The notes: generated by a model not told the origin, from the sequence alone. A stretch of DNA of 64,000 nucleotides from Eledone cirrhosa (GCA_964016885.1 OZ024744.1:22692001-22756000), one strand, 5' to 3'. Counted from the stretch's first letter, positions 1 through 10,900 are shown. A program made the numbers and translations.

Positions 1-2694
1 GCCTAACAGAGACTGCCCACCTTCGATAAGCCTAACAGTGACTGCCCAACTTCGACAAACCTAACGGAGACTGCCCTCCTTCGACAAGCCTAACAGAGAC
101 TGCCCACCTTTGACAAGCCTAACAGAGACTGCCCACCTTCGACAAACCTAACAGAGACAGCTCAACAGTGAATTTTAACAGGGAATACCCACCTTCAAGA
201 AGCCTAACAGAGACTGCCCTACTTCGATAAACCTAACAAAGACTACCGACCTTCGACAAACTAACAGAGACTGCCCACCTTCGACAAACCTAACAGTGAC
301 TGCCCATTTTCGAAAAGCTTAACAGAGACTGCCAACATTTGACAAGGCTAACAAAGACAGCCACCTTCGATAAACCTAACAGTGACTGCCCAACTTCGAC
401 AACTCTAACAGAGACTGTCAATCTTAATGAAGCCTAACAGAGACATCTACCTTTGACAGACCTAACAGAGACTGCCCACCTTTTTCAAACCTAACACAGA
501 CTACCGACTTTCGACAAACCTAACAGAGACTGCCCACATTCGACAAACCTAACATTGACTGCCCATTTTCGACAAACCTAACGGAGACTGCCCACCTTCG
601 ACAATTCTAACAGAGACACCCCACCTTCGACAAACTTAACAGAGAATGCCTATTTTCGACGAGTCTAACAGAGACTGCCCACTTTCGACAAACCTAACAA
701 AGACTGCCCATCTTCGCTCAAATCTAACACAGACTGCCCACCTTCTACAAGCCTAACAGAGACTGCCGACCTTCGACAAGTCTAACAGTGACTGCCCACC
801 TTCGATAAGCCTACCAGAGACTACTCAACTTCGACAAGTCTAACATAGACTATCAACCTTAGGCAAACTCTAACAGTTACTGCCCACCTTTGACAAACCT
901 AACAGAGACTACCGACTTTCGACAAACCTAACAGCGAATACCCACCTTCAACAAGCCTTACAGAGACAGCCCTACTTCGACAAACCTAACTTAGACTGTC
1001 CACCTTCGACAAACCTTACAGAGACTGCCCACATTCAACAAACCTAACAGTGACTGCCCACTTTCAACAAGACTAACAGAGACTGCCAACATTTGACAAG
1101 GATAACAAAGATTGCCCACCTTCGACAAACCTAACAGTGACTGCCCATTTTCGACAAGCCTAACAGAGACTGCCAACATTTGACAAGGCTATGAAAAACT
1201 GCCCACTTTCGATAAGCCTAACAGTGTCTGCCCACCTTCGACAAGTCTAACAGAAACCTCCCACTTTCACAAGCGTAACAGAGAATGCCCTCCTTCGACA
1301 AGTCTAACATAGACTACCCCCCTTAGACTAGCCTAGCAGAGACTGCGCACCTTCGACTAACCTAACAGAGACTGCCCACCTTCTAAAAAGTAACAGAGAC
1401 TGCCCACCTTCTACAAACCTAACAGAGACTGTTCACATTCGACAAGTCTAACTGAGACTGCCCACCTTCAACCAGTCTAACAGAGACTGCCCACATACGT
1501 CAAACCTAACAGAGACTGCCCACCTTCGACAAACCTAACGGTGACTGCCCACCTTCGACAAACTTAACAGAGACTGCCAACCTTCGACAAGTCTAACAGA
1601 GACTGCCCACCCTCGCTCAAATCTAACGCAGACTGCACACCTTCGACAAGCCTAACACAGACTGCACACATTCGACAAGCCTAACAGAGACTCCCCACAT
1701 TCGACAAACCTATCAGAGAATGCCCACCTTTGACAAGTCTTACAGAGACTGTCCAGCTTCGTCAAACCTCAGAGGCTGCCCACTTTCGACAAGCCTAACA
1801 ATGACTGCTCACCTTCGACAAACCTAACGGAGACTGCCCACCTTCGACAACTCTAACACAGACTGCCCAATTTCGACAAGTCTAACAGAGACTGCCCACC
1901 TTCGACAAGCCTAACAGAGACTGCCCACCTTCGACAAATCTACCAGAGATTGCCCAACTTCGACAAATCTACCAGAGATTGCCAACTTCGACAAACCTAA
2001 CAGAGACAGCCCACCTTCGACAAGCCTTACAGAGTCTGCTTATATTCGACAAGTCTAAATGAGACTGCCTACCTCCGACAAGTCTAACAGAAACTGCCCA
2101 TATATTACAAACCGGACAGAGACTGCCAACCTTCGACAAGCCTAATAGTGGCTGCCCATCTTCGACAAACTTAACAGAGACTACCGACCTTCGACAAGTC
2201 TAACAGAGACTGCCCACCTTCGCTCAAATCTAAAACAGTCTGCCAACCTTCGACAAGCCGAACAGAGACTGCCAACATTTGACAAGTCTCACAGAGACTG
2301 CCCACCTTCGATAAGCCTAACAGTGACTGTCCAACATCGACAAATCTAACATAGACTATCAATCTTAGAAGAGCCTAACAGAGACTGCCCACCTTTGACA
2401 AACCTAACAGAGACTGCCCAACTTCGACAAACCTAACAGAGACTGCCGACCTTCGACAAGCCTAACAGAGACTGCCCACCTTCGACAAGTCTAACAGTGA
2501 CCTTCCACCTTCAACAAGCCTAATAGAGACTGCCCTCCTTCGACAAGTCTGACATAGACTACTCACCTTAGACTAGCCTAGCAGAGACTGCGCAACTTCG
2601 ACTAACCTAACAGAGACTGCCCTCCTTCAACAAAACTAACAGAGAATGCCTACCTTCTACAAACCTAACAGAGACTGGCCACCTTCGACAAGTC
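1..2694 (+). repeat. 29-bp tandem satellite array, left of the retrotransposon (diverged monomers)
   Basis: Head-to-tail copies of ~CCTAACAGAGACTGCCCACCTTCGACAA(A/G) from base 1, with frequent substitutions and occasional 1-bp indels. Confidence 0.98.
2691..2694 (+). other. Target-site duplication AGTC, left copy (right copy 7941-7944)
   Basis: AGTC flanks both ends. Removing the element and one copy restores a normal monomer junction, CCTTCGACAAGTCTAACAGAGACTG. A 5-bp AAGTC TSD is possible if the LTR ends one base earlier. Confidence 0.85.
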
Positions 2695-2987
2695 TGTAGT
2701 GACCTACATCCCGCTGGCTGACATACATTCTCTGTGCGTGATTTATCTCAGCTCAGCCAATCAGCGCCAGCAGAAAAGGATGTATCCCTACGCGTCCTGA
2801 GAGAGAAATTACCCGCGAATATTTGAAGAATCTCTCTCTATCGCACCAGGGACTTCGAACCAGCAACATGTACATGTGACGGTGAGATTTTGCACCTTAA
2901 CCTTATTATATCTGTATCGAATTTAGTTAGTGGTTGGCCTGCAGTGGCGTTTACCAAAGTAAATAACCCTGTGACCAATTCGCTATA
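2695..2987 (+). repeat. 5' LTR (293 bp, TGTAGTGA...TCGCTATA)
   Basis: Direct repeat of 7648-7940 (15 substitutions by hand count, no indels). Followed after 1 nt by the PBS. Confidence 0.95.
2755..2764 (+). promoter_or_regulatory. Putative CCAAT box in the LTR (also 7708-7717)
   Basis: AGCCAATCAG matches the NF-Y consensus and is identical in both LTRs. Function is untested. Confidence 0.4.
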
Positions 2988-2988
2988 T

Positions 2989-3001
2989 TGGTGACCCCGA
3001 C
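2989..3001 (+). promoter_or_regulatory. Primer-binding site complementary to the 3' end of tRNA-Trp
   Basis: TGGTGACCCCGAC immediately after the 5' LTR is the reverse complement of the metazoan tRNA-Trp 3' end (...GUCGGGGUCACCA). Confidence 0.9.
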
Positions 3002-3334
3002 TAAGAACAACTTGCTTTGCAAGCATAGTTTTACCGCGTACAGCTTGTCTTCTTCAATTCCAGCCATCTGATTAGCTGCATCGTGCCACATGACGGCTTC
3101 TTCATCACAAACACATTTTTCAATCAGTCATCTTGGGATTTTCTTACCAAATAATTTTCATGGAATATCATTTTTTTTATTATTCAAATTTTATTTTGGC
3201 TGGCGAGAATTTTCAGAAGGAATTTCAGTTGAATTCGCGTGAATAAGATTTTGGATTCCAGTGTCACTTTTTGGTCGCGTAGCTGCTTCGAAGAAATAAT
3301 TTGGCCTTAAAAATTCATCAAATCTTTGGGCATC

Positions 3335-4147
3335 ATGAATCCACATCATTTGCCGTCCTTCGCAGGCGATATCAAATTATGGTTTTTGTAGCTTGAATGC
3401 TATTTTGATTTAACCAAAACCAAAGAACAGCATAAACTGAAGGTACTAGTTAGTGGCTTGCCTGTGTCGTTGGCATATTCCGTGAAGGACGTGATAACCA
3501 ATTTAGCCGCATACGTTATTTATGGCTCGTTGAAAGGGGAAATTATTCGGAAGAATACCAAGTCAGCGGAAAGTCGTTTCCGGGAATTGTTAGATGATGC
3601 GCAAATGGGTGACAGGACGCCAAGCTCCTATTTGCGACATCTGCGGGAGTTGAGCGACTCCCAGGGGATGGACACCCCATTCCTCAAACAACTATTTTTC
3701 TCTCGTTTACCGCCAAGTGCGCAAATGGTCTTGGTCCATAATTTGGAGAGGGAGTCGTTAGATCAACTTGCCGCATCCGCGGATAGAATACTAGAGGTGG
3801 ACTCTAACAGCAGTCGGCATAATCCTTGTGTGGCTTCTTCTTCTGTTCCCCCACGCAATTCTTCTGTGGCCGACAGCAAACTGTTGGAGATGATCGAAGC
3901 GCTTACCAAAAAAGTGGAGGACTTGATCGTACAACAGAGAGAGCCTTCTCAACGTTTAAGGTACCGTTCGCCTCCGTCTGCTATTCCTCGAAACCGCTAC
4001 GAGTACCGTTCGCCATCGTCTTCTGTTCCTCGCCAACACTACACTTCAGGCAGCAGTAATTCTTCGATTTGTTGGTATCATGTTAACTTTGGCAGTCGGG
4101 CGTCTTGTAACTATAGGAGTTCGGAAAATGCCAATCAGAGCCACTAG
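3335..4147 (+). pseudogene. gag: gag with a premature TAG at codon 19 (3389-3391)
   Basis: ATG at 3335 is in frame with the listed 3458-4147 ORF. It reads MNPHHLPSFAGDIKLWFL*LECYF, resembling the LPxF...WFxQxExxF Gag N-terminus of this gypsy group. Also contains MGDRTPSSYLRHLREL, FFSRLP and a C-terminal CWYH motif. Confidence 0.88.
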
Positions 4148-4166
4148 GGGCGGCTAGTGAACTCTG
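4123..4166 (+). promoter_or_regulatory. Putative -1 ribosomal frameshift signal between gag and pol
   Basis: The pol frame is -1 relative to gag and opens at 4117, overlapping gag to 4147. G_GAA_AAT (4123-4129) is followed by a 6-nt spacer and the hairpin CAGAG-C-CACTAG/GGGCGG/CTAGTG-AA-CTCTG (4136-4166). Confidence 0.7.
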
Positions 4167-4189
4167 GGAAACTCGACCAAACCGTCATC

Positions 4190-4480
4190 TTTTTGGGTAC
4201 GACCTGCAGTCAAAAAAATTTTTTCTTGTCGACACTGGCGCGTCACTAAGTATTTGGCCAGTCAGTTATCTTAAAAAAACTCCATCTGAATCAAATATCA
4301 ATTTACGACCAATCAACAACACGGCCATTCGAACGTACGGGCAAATTTCGCTTCCTCTTCGGTTTAAAAATTTGCGTCGTGAATTAAAGTGGAAGTTTAC
4401 TATCGCCGACTTGCCATACGCCATTTTGGGAGCGGATTTCCTCCACCATTTTTCCTTGTCGATTGACATCCGCAGACAAC
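4190..4480 (+). other. Retropepsin aspartic protease domain (boundaries approximate)
   Basis: [10 protein letters not shown], with the catalytic Asp codon at 4231 upstream of the listed ORF start but in frame, and AILGADFL. Confidence 0.9.
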
Positions 4481-4779
4481 GACTTTTTGATGATAATACA
4501 GGCCTATCGTTCGAGGGTACAAAGCCGGAGATCGCCACAGTAAGCCCTGCTTTTTTCTTGGCTGAAGTGGGCAACCAGTATCACAGTTTGTTAAAATCAT
4601 TCCCACAGCTGACGCAAGGAAGATTACGAATTGCTTGTCCAGATCATGTGATTGAACACTTTATATCCACTACAGGTCCACCTGTTTTCCCACGTCCTCG
4701 AAGATTATCTGCAGAGAAGCTGAAAGCTGCACGTCTTGAATTCGACCACATGCTGGAATTAGGAATAATTCGGCGTTCC

Positions 4780-5300
4780 ACAAGTCCTTGGGCATCGCCT
4801 CTACATATGGTACTTAAATCTTCTGGTGATTGGAGACCGACGGGTGACTACCGACGCTTAAACGCGATTACTGTGCCTGACCGTTATCCAATCCCGCATT
4901 TGCAGGATTTTGCATCGTCATTGCAGGGTTCCAGAATCTTTTTTAAGCTTGATTTGATCCGCGCTTATAATCAAATTCCGGTTAAAAAGGAGGATATTCC
5001 AAAGACTGCTATTGCCACTCATTTCGGATCATTCGAGTTCCTCACTATGCCTTTCGGACTTAGAAATGCTGCAAGTACCTTCCAACGATTCATGGATGAT
5101 GTCACTCGTGGTCTCGATTTTGTTTACACGTATATCGATGATGTACTGATTGCTAGTTCTTCTCCTGAACAACATTCCAAGCATCTGGATATCTTATTTC
5201 GGCGTTTACAGAAATATAATGTTCGTGTTAATGCCACTAAGTGTGTTTTCGGTTCGACATCGCTAACATTTTTGGGCCATCTTATTGATGCCGATGGTAT
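4780..5300 (+). other. Reverse transcriptase domain (boundaries approximate)
   Basis: [49 protein letters not shown] (5131-5142) and FLGH. Confidence 0.95.
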
Positions 5301-5569
5301 TCGGCCCCTTCCGGAAAAAATTAAGGCAATTTTGGATTTGCCTCCGCCAAGTTCGCTTCGACAATTACGGCAATTCTTGGGCCTTGTGAATTTTAATAGG
5401 CGATTCGTGCCTAATTGTTCCAGCTTACTGTCCTCGTTGACAGACATTTTTAAAAACTGCCGACAGAAGAATATGAACATTTCATTAAATGCAACGCACC
5501 TGGCGGATTTTGAGAAAGTGAAGAAAGCGTTAGCGACTGCATCTTTGCTCGCCCACCCCATGCCCAATG

Positions 5570-5940
5570 CCGAGCTGTCGCTCTGTGTTGATGCTTCGGA
5601 TAGCGCCGTGGGCGCAGTCTTACAGCAGAAGTGTGAGGGGTTACAGCAACCACTCGAGTTCTTTTCGAGAAAGTTAAAGCTTGCCGAAACTCGCTATAGC
5701 ACCTTTGGAAGGGAGCTATTAGCAATTTATTTATCAGTGAAACATTTTGCTCATGTACTTGAAGGTAGAATGTTCACAATTTTCACTGATCATAAACCTT
5801 TGACGTTTGCTCTTCGAACTAAAGCAGACAAATACTCGCCCAGAGAAACGAGACATCTGGACTTCATCTCACAGTTCACGAACGACATTCAACATATTCC
5901 GGGTTCTTTGAATACAGCGGCCGATGCGCTGTCTCGCCTG
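5570..5940 (+). other. RNase H domain (boundaries approximate)
   Basis: [25 protein letters not shown] and NTAADALSR. Confidence 0.93.
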
Positions 5941-6159
5941 CCGATCGCATCGATTTCGTCTTCCGAGGAGATAGATTTACATCGAATGGCAGCTGCCCAA
6001 CCCACTCTCGAATCGTTGGATGTTACATCGCCAGAGTTTGTACATTGCAAACTGAAATACATTTCGATCTCAACTGCTGACGGACAAATCCTGTGTGATG
6101 TTTCGTTGGACTCACCACGACCTCTAGTCCCAGTGGAACATCGACGAACTGTGTTTCTC

Positions 6160-7110
6160 GCTTTACATGGCATTTCTCACTCTGGAGTATCAGCCTGAGT
6201 AAAACTCATAACAGACAGATTTTTCTGACCTGATATGAGACGTGACATTGCTGCTTGGTGCCGTTCCTGTGTCGCTTGCCAAAAGTCAAAGGTTTATAAG
6301 CACGTTAAAACTCCTCTCGGAAATTTCACCTGTCCTGATGCCAGATTTCGTCACATTCATGTGGACATCGTCGGCCCGTGGCCGATTAGTCGTGGTTATT
6401 CGTATATTTTGACGATCGTTGACCGTTTTTCGCGTTGGCCTGAAGCCATCCCTATGACATATATCACTGATGAAACGACAGCGCGTGCTCTCGTATCTGC
6501 ATGGATCGCTCGTTTTGGATTACCAACCACAATAACAACAGACCGCGGTCGTCAATTTGAATCGAACCTCTTCCGTGAATTAACACAAATTATTGGCGCT
6601 ACTCGCATAAGAACCACGGCATATCAACCAGCATCAAACGGAATGGTGGAAAGATTTCACAGACAGCTTAAAGCTTCTTTAAGGGCTTCAATGGACTCTT
6701 CACGTTGGAGTGAGTACCTACCTATTGTGTTGTTAGGTATTCGGTCGACAATAAAGGTGGACCTTGGGTTCTGTCCGGCCGAATTGATTTATGGTACTCC
6801 TCTTGCGTTACTGGGGCAAATGCTTGCTCCTATTGATCTTGCTTCGCAGGATCCCGCTTCCTACGTGTCCCTGCTTCATTCTTACTTCCAGGATTTACCA
6901 CCGATGGACACTAGGAAGCAAACTGTAAAAACTGCCGTCCCAAGGGATATTGCCTTGTGGACACATGTGTTCGTTAGAGACGACGCCGTGAGACCCCTCT
7001 TCAACGGCCGTACTCTGGACCCTATCGTGTGCTTGCTCGCACAGACAAACATTTCACACTGGACATTCGGGGTTCCAGGGAAACGGTTTCCGTTGATCGT
7101 CTCAAACGAG
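6160..7110 (+). other. Integrase: HHCC zinc finger, DDE core and GPY/F module (interrupted)
   Basis: HGISH...CRSCVAC; [15 protein letters not shown] and NGMVERFH (D, D, E); PYSGPY after the frameshift. No chromodomain is recognisable. Confidence 0.92.
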
Positions 7111-7186
7111 CAAACCTTGACAATGACACAATGACACTTGAAACTCAAATGCCCTCTTCTTTTCTTTGCCACATACGCCTATTTCT

Positions 7187-7204
7187 CCCCCCCCCCCCCC
7201 CCCC
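7187..7204 (+). repeat. C18 homopolymer in the integrase C-terminal tail
   Basis: 18 consecutive C, read as polyproline in the 7029-7280 frame. Confidence 0.9.
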
Positions 7205-7634
7205 ATCAACATACAGAACTACGACCCGTTCTGGGCGAAGGGTGCATTGGCCCCGTAAGCTATGCAGTAATATAAACTGAATTGTATTCTTTTCTTCTTC
7301 CAATTGTTTTTGCTGTATATTTCATTGTGTTGCTTTTTGATTCGTGACTGCCTACGGCAGTGTCAATATATGTTATTTTTCGTAACATTACGACTGTTGT
7401 CAATTTTGACACAGTCCAATTTTAGTGCATTTTTAGAGCTATGCAACATATGGCATTTTCATTGCCTAGCAAAAAATTTGTTTGTGTTTATCGCATTTGG
7501 GGCCCCTTTATTGCGAAGAGTGTTACCTTTTCATGCATTTTGAATCTTTTGCTGTACATTTTTTTTTCTGTGTTAATACTTGCAGACATGAACCTTTTTC
7601 TTGCTGATTCAATAATCTGTATCGACATCTGTCT

Positions 7635-7644
7635 AGAAGGGGGG
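7635..7644 (+). promoter_or_regulatory. Polypurine tract
   Basis: AGAAGGGGGG, 3 nt upstream of the 3' LTR. Confidence 0.9.
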
Positions 7645-7647
7645 TAT

Positions 7648-7940
7648 TGTAGTGACCTACATTCCGCGGGCTCACATACATTCTCTGTGCGTGATTTGGC
7701 TCAGCTCAGCCAATCAGCGCCAACAGAAAAGGGTGTATCCTTACGCGTCCTGAGAGAGAAATTACCCGCGAGGATTTGAAGAATCTCTCTCTATCGCACC
7801 AGGGACTTCGAACCAGCAACACTTACATGTGACAGTGAGATTTTGCACCTTAACCTTATTATATCTGTATCGAATTTAATTAGTGGTTGGCCTGCAGTGG
7901 CGTTTACCAAAGTAAATAAACCTGTGACCAATTCGCTATA
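7648..7940 (+). repeat. 3' LTR (293 bp)
   Basis: Direct repeat of 2695-2987. Preceded by the polypurine tract and followed by the TSD and satellite. Confidence 0.95.
7915..7920 (+). terminator. Putative polyadenylation signal AATAAA in the 3' LTR
   Basis: AATAAA lies 20 nt before the LTR end. The 5' LTR has AATAAC at the equivalent position. Confidence 0.45.
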
Positions 7941-7972
7941 AGTCTAACAGAGACTGCCCACCTTCGACAAAC

Positions 7973-10900
7973 CTAACAGAGACTGCCCACTTTCGACAAA
8001 CCTAACAGAGACTGCCCACAGCCGACAATTCTAACAGAGACACACCACCTTCGACAAACTTACCAGGGACTGCCTACTTTCGACAAGTCTAACCGAGACT
8101 GCCCACCTTCGACAAACCTAACAGAGACTGCCCACCTTCGACAAACCTAACAGTGACAACCGACCTTCGACAAACCTAACAGAAACTGCCCACCTTCGAC
8201 AAACCTAACATTGACTGCCCACTTTCGACAAACCTAACAGAGACTGCCCACAACCGACAATTCTAACAGAGACACCCCACCTTCGACAAATTTACCAGGG
8301 ACTGCCAACTTTCGACAAGTCTAACCGAGACTGCCCACCTTCGACAAGTCTAACAGAGACTGCCCACCTTCGCTCACATCTAACACAGACTGCCCACCTT
8401 CGACAAGTCTAACAGCGACTGCTCACATTCAACCAGCCTAACAGAGACTGCCCAGCTTCGTCAAACCTAACGGAGACTTCCCGCCTTCGACAAGCCTAAC
8501 AAAGACTGCTCATCTTCAACAAACCTAACGGAGACTGCCCACCTTCAACAACTGTAACAGAGACTGCCCACCTTCGGCAAGTCAAAAAGAGACTGCCCAC
8601 CTTCGGCAAGTCTAACATAGACTGCCCACATACGACAAACCTAACAGAGACGACCGACCTTCGACAAACCTAACAGAGACTGCCCACCTTCGACAAAGCT
8701 AACAGAGACTGCCCACCTTCGACACACCTAACAGAGACTGCCCACCTTCGGCAAGCCTAACAGAGACTGCCCACATTCGACAAGTATAACAGAGACCTCC
8801 CACCTTCAACATGCCTAACAGAGAATGCGCTCCTACGACAAGTCTAACAAAGACTACGCACCTTAGAATAGCGTACCAGAGACTGCGCACCTTCGACTAA
8901 CCTAACAGAGACTGCCCACCTTCGACAAAACTATCGGAGACTGCCCACTTTCTACAAACCTAACAGAGACTGCCCACCTTCAACCAGTCTAGTAGAGACT
9001 GCTCACATACGTCAGACCTAACAGAGACTGCCCAAATTCGAAAAGCCTAACAGAGACTGCACACATTTGACATACCTAACAGAGACTCCCCACATTCGCA
9101 AACCTAACAGAGAATTCCCACATTTGACAAGTCTAACAGAAACTGCCTACCTTCAATAAACCTAACAGAGACTGCCCATCTTCGACAAGCCTAACAGAGA
9201 CTGCCCTATATTGACAAGTCTAACTGATACTACCCACCTTAGACTAGCCTAGCAGAGACTGCACACCTTCGACTAACCTAACAGAGACTGCCCCCTTTCG
9301 ACAAAACTAAAAGAGACTGCCCACCTTCTACAAACCTAACAGAGACTGCCCACATTCGACAAGTCTAACATAAACTGCCTACCTTCGACAAACCTAACAG
9401 AGACTGCCCACCTTCGACAAAACTAACAGAGACTACCAACCTTCGACAAACCTAACAGAGACGGCCCACCTTCGACAATCCTAACAGAGACTACCGACCT
9501 TCGCAAAACCTAACAGAGAGTGCACACATTCAACAAACTAAACATTGACTGCCCACTTTCGACAAACCTAACGGAGACTGCCCACCTTCGATAATTCTAA
9601 CAGAGACACCCCACCTTCGACAAACCTAACAGAGACTACCCACCTTCGACAAATCTAACAGAGGCTGCCCACATTCCACAAGCCTAATAGAGACAGCCCA
9701 TCTTCGACAAGTCTAACTGAGACTTCCCACCTTCAACAAGTCTAACAGAGACTGCCCACATACGACAAAGCTAACAGAGACTGCCCACTTTCGACACATC
9801 TAACAGAGACTACCGACCTTCGACAAACTTAACAGAGAATCCCCACCTTCGACAAACCTAACAGAGACTGCCCACCTTAGAAAACCTAACAGTGACTGCC
9901 CATTTTCGACAAGTCTAACAGAGACTGCCCACCTTTGACAAGAACTAACATAGACTGCCCACCTTCGACAAACCTAACAGAGACTGCCCACCTTCGACAA
10001 GACTAACAGAGTATGCCCTCCTCCGACAAGTCTAACATAGACTACCAAACTTATACTAGCCTAGCAGAGACTGCTCAACTTCGACTAACCTAACAGAGAC
10101 TGCCCAGCTTCGGCAAAACTAACAGAGACTTCCCACCTTCTACAAACCTAACAGAGACTGCCCATCTTCGACAAGTCTAACAGAGACTAACCACCTTCGA
10201 CCTATCTACCAGAGACTGCCCACCTTCGACAAACCTAACAGAGACGGCCCACCTTCTACAAACCTAACAGAGACTGCCCATATTCGACAAGTCTAACATA
10301 GACTTCCCACCTTCGCCAAATCTACCAGAGACTGCCCACCTTCGACAAGCCTAACTGAGACTGCCCACATACGACAAGTCTAACTGAGATGCCAACCTTT
10401 GACAAGTCTAAAAGAGAGTGCCCATATACGACAAACCGAACAGAGACTGCCCAGCTTCGAGAAGCCTAACAGTGACTGTCCATCTTCGACAAACTTAACA
10501 GAGACTGCCGACATTCGGCAAGTCTAATCGAGACTGCCCACCTTCGACAAGCCTAACAGAGGCTGCCCACATTCGACAATCTTAACAGAGACTGCCTATA
10601 TTCGACAAACCTAATAGAGACTGCCCACCATCGACAAGCCTAACAGAGAGTCGCCAACTTCGACCAGCCCAACAGAGAATGCCAACCTTCGACAAGTCTA
10701 ACAGAGACTGCCCAGCTTTGTCAAACCCAGGAGAGACTGCCGACCTTCGACAAGCCTAACAGTGACTATCAATCTGAGACAAGCCTAACAGATACTGCCC
10801 ACCTTTGACAAACCTAACAGAGACTGCCCACCTTCGAGAAACCTAACAGAGACTGCCCACGTTCGACAAGCCTAACATAGACTGCCCACATTCGTCAAGT

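Larger units (their letters stand above)
4117..7280 (+). pseudogene. pol: pol polyprotein (protease, reverse transcriptase, RNase H, integrase), disrupted
   Basis: One frame is open 4117-6195. In-frame TGA stops lie at 6196-6198 and 6226-6228, and the same frame resumes through the integrase core. A -1 shift near 6994-6997 gives [12 protein letters not shown]...VSVDRLK...TTRSGRRV, ending at 7280. Confidence 0.92.
2695..7940 (+). mobile_element. Full-length, decayed Ty3/gypsy (Metaviridae) LTR retrotransposon, probably CsRn1 lineage, 5,246 bp
   Basis: Two 293-bp direct LTRs, TSD, PBS and PPT. Domain order gag-PR-RT-RH-IN is the gypsy order. The tRNA-Trp PBS, 4-bp TSD and CWYH-type (CHCC) Gag motif fit CsRn1/Boudicca/Kabuki-like elements. 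The lineage call is inference without a phylogeny. Confidence 0.95.

Noticed and set aside
4166-4172. Canonical slippery heptamer GGGAAAC
   Set aside because: It lies downstream of the gag stop and is not in the gag codon phase.
3389-6228. Stop-codon reassignment (TAG at a Gln-like site, TGA at the conserved Trp of FxWP)
   Set aside because: Single transitions (CAG>TAG, TGG>TGA) explain them. Other Trp codons are TGG, the TGA at 6196 is not at a Trp position, and independent decay is evident.
2838-7172. Antisense and alternative-frame ORFs within the retroelement (2838, 3826, 4266, 4400, 5124, 5450, 5889, 6882)
   Set aside because: They are shadows of the LTR, gag and pol with no recognisable motifs.
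7029-7280. Chromodomain at the integrase C-terminus
   Set aside because: No chromodomain-like sequence is visible. The tail is low-complexity Pro/Thr followed by a short basic motif.
7304-7779. Possible env or accessory ORFs after pol
   Set aside because: They are short, and their hydrophobicity follows from the T-rich 3' UTR. One runs through the PPT into the LTR. No env-like size or motifs.
2695-7940. Satellite monomer derived from the retroelement
   Set aside because: No monomer-like sequence was seen in the LTRs or the internal region, and the TSD shows the array existed before the insertion.
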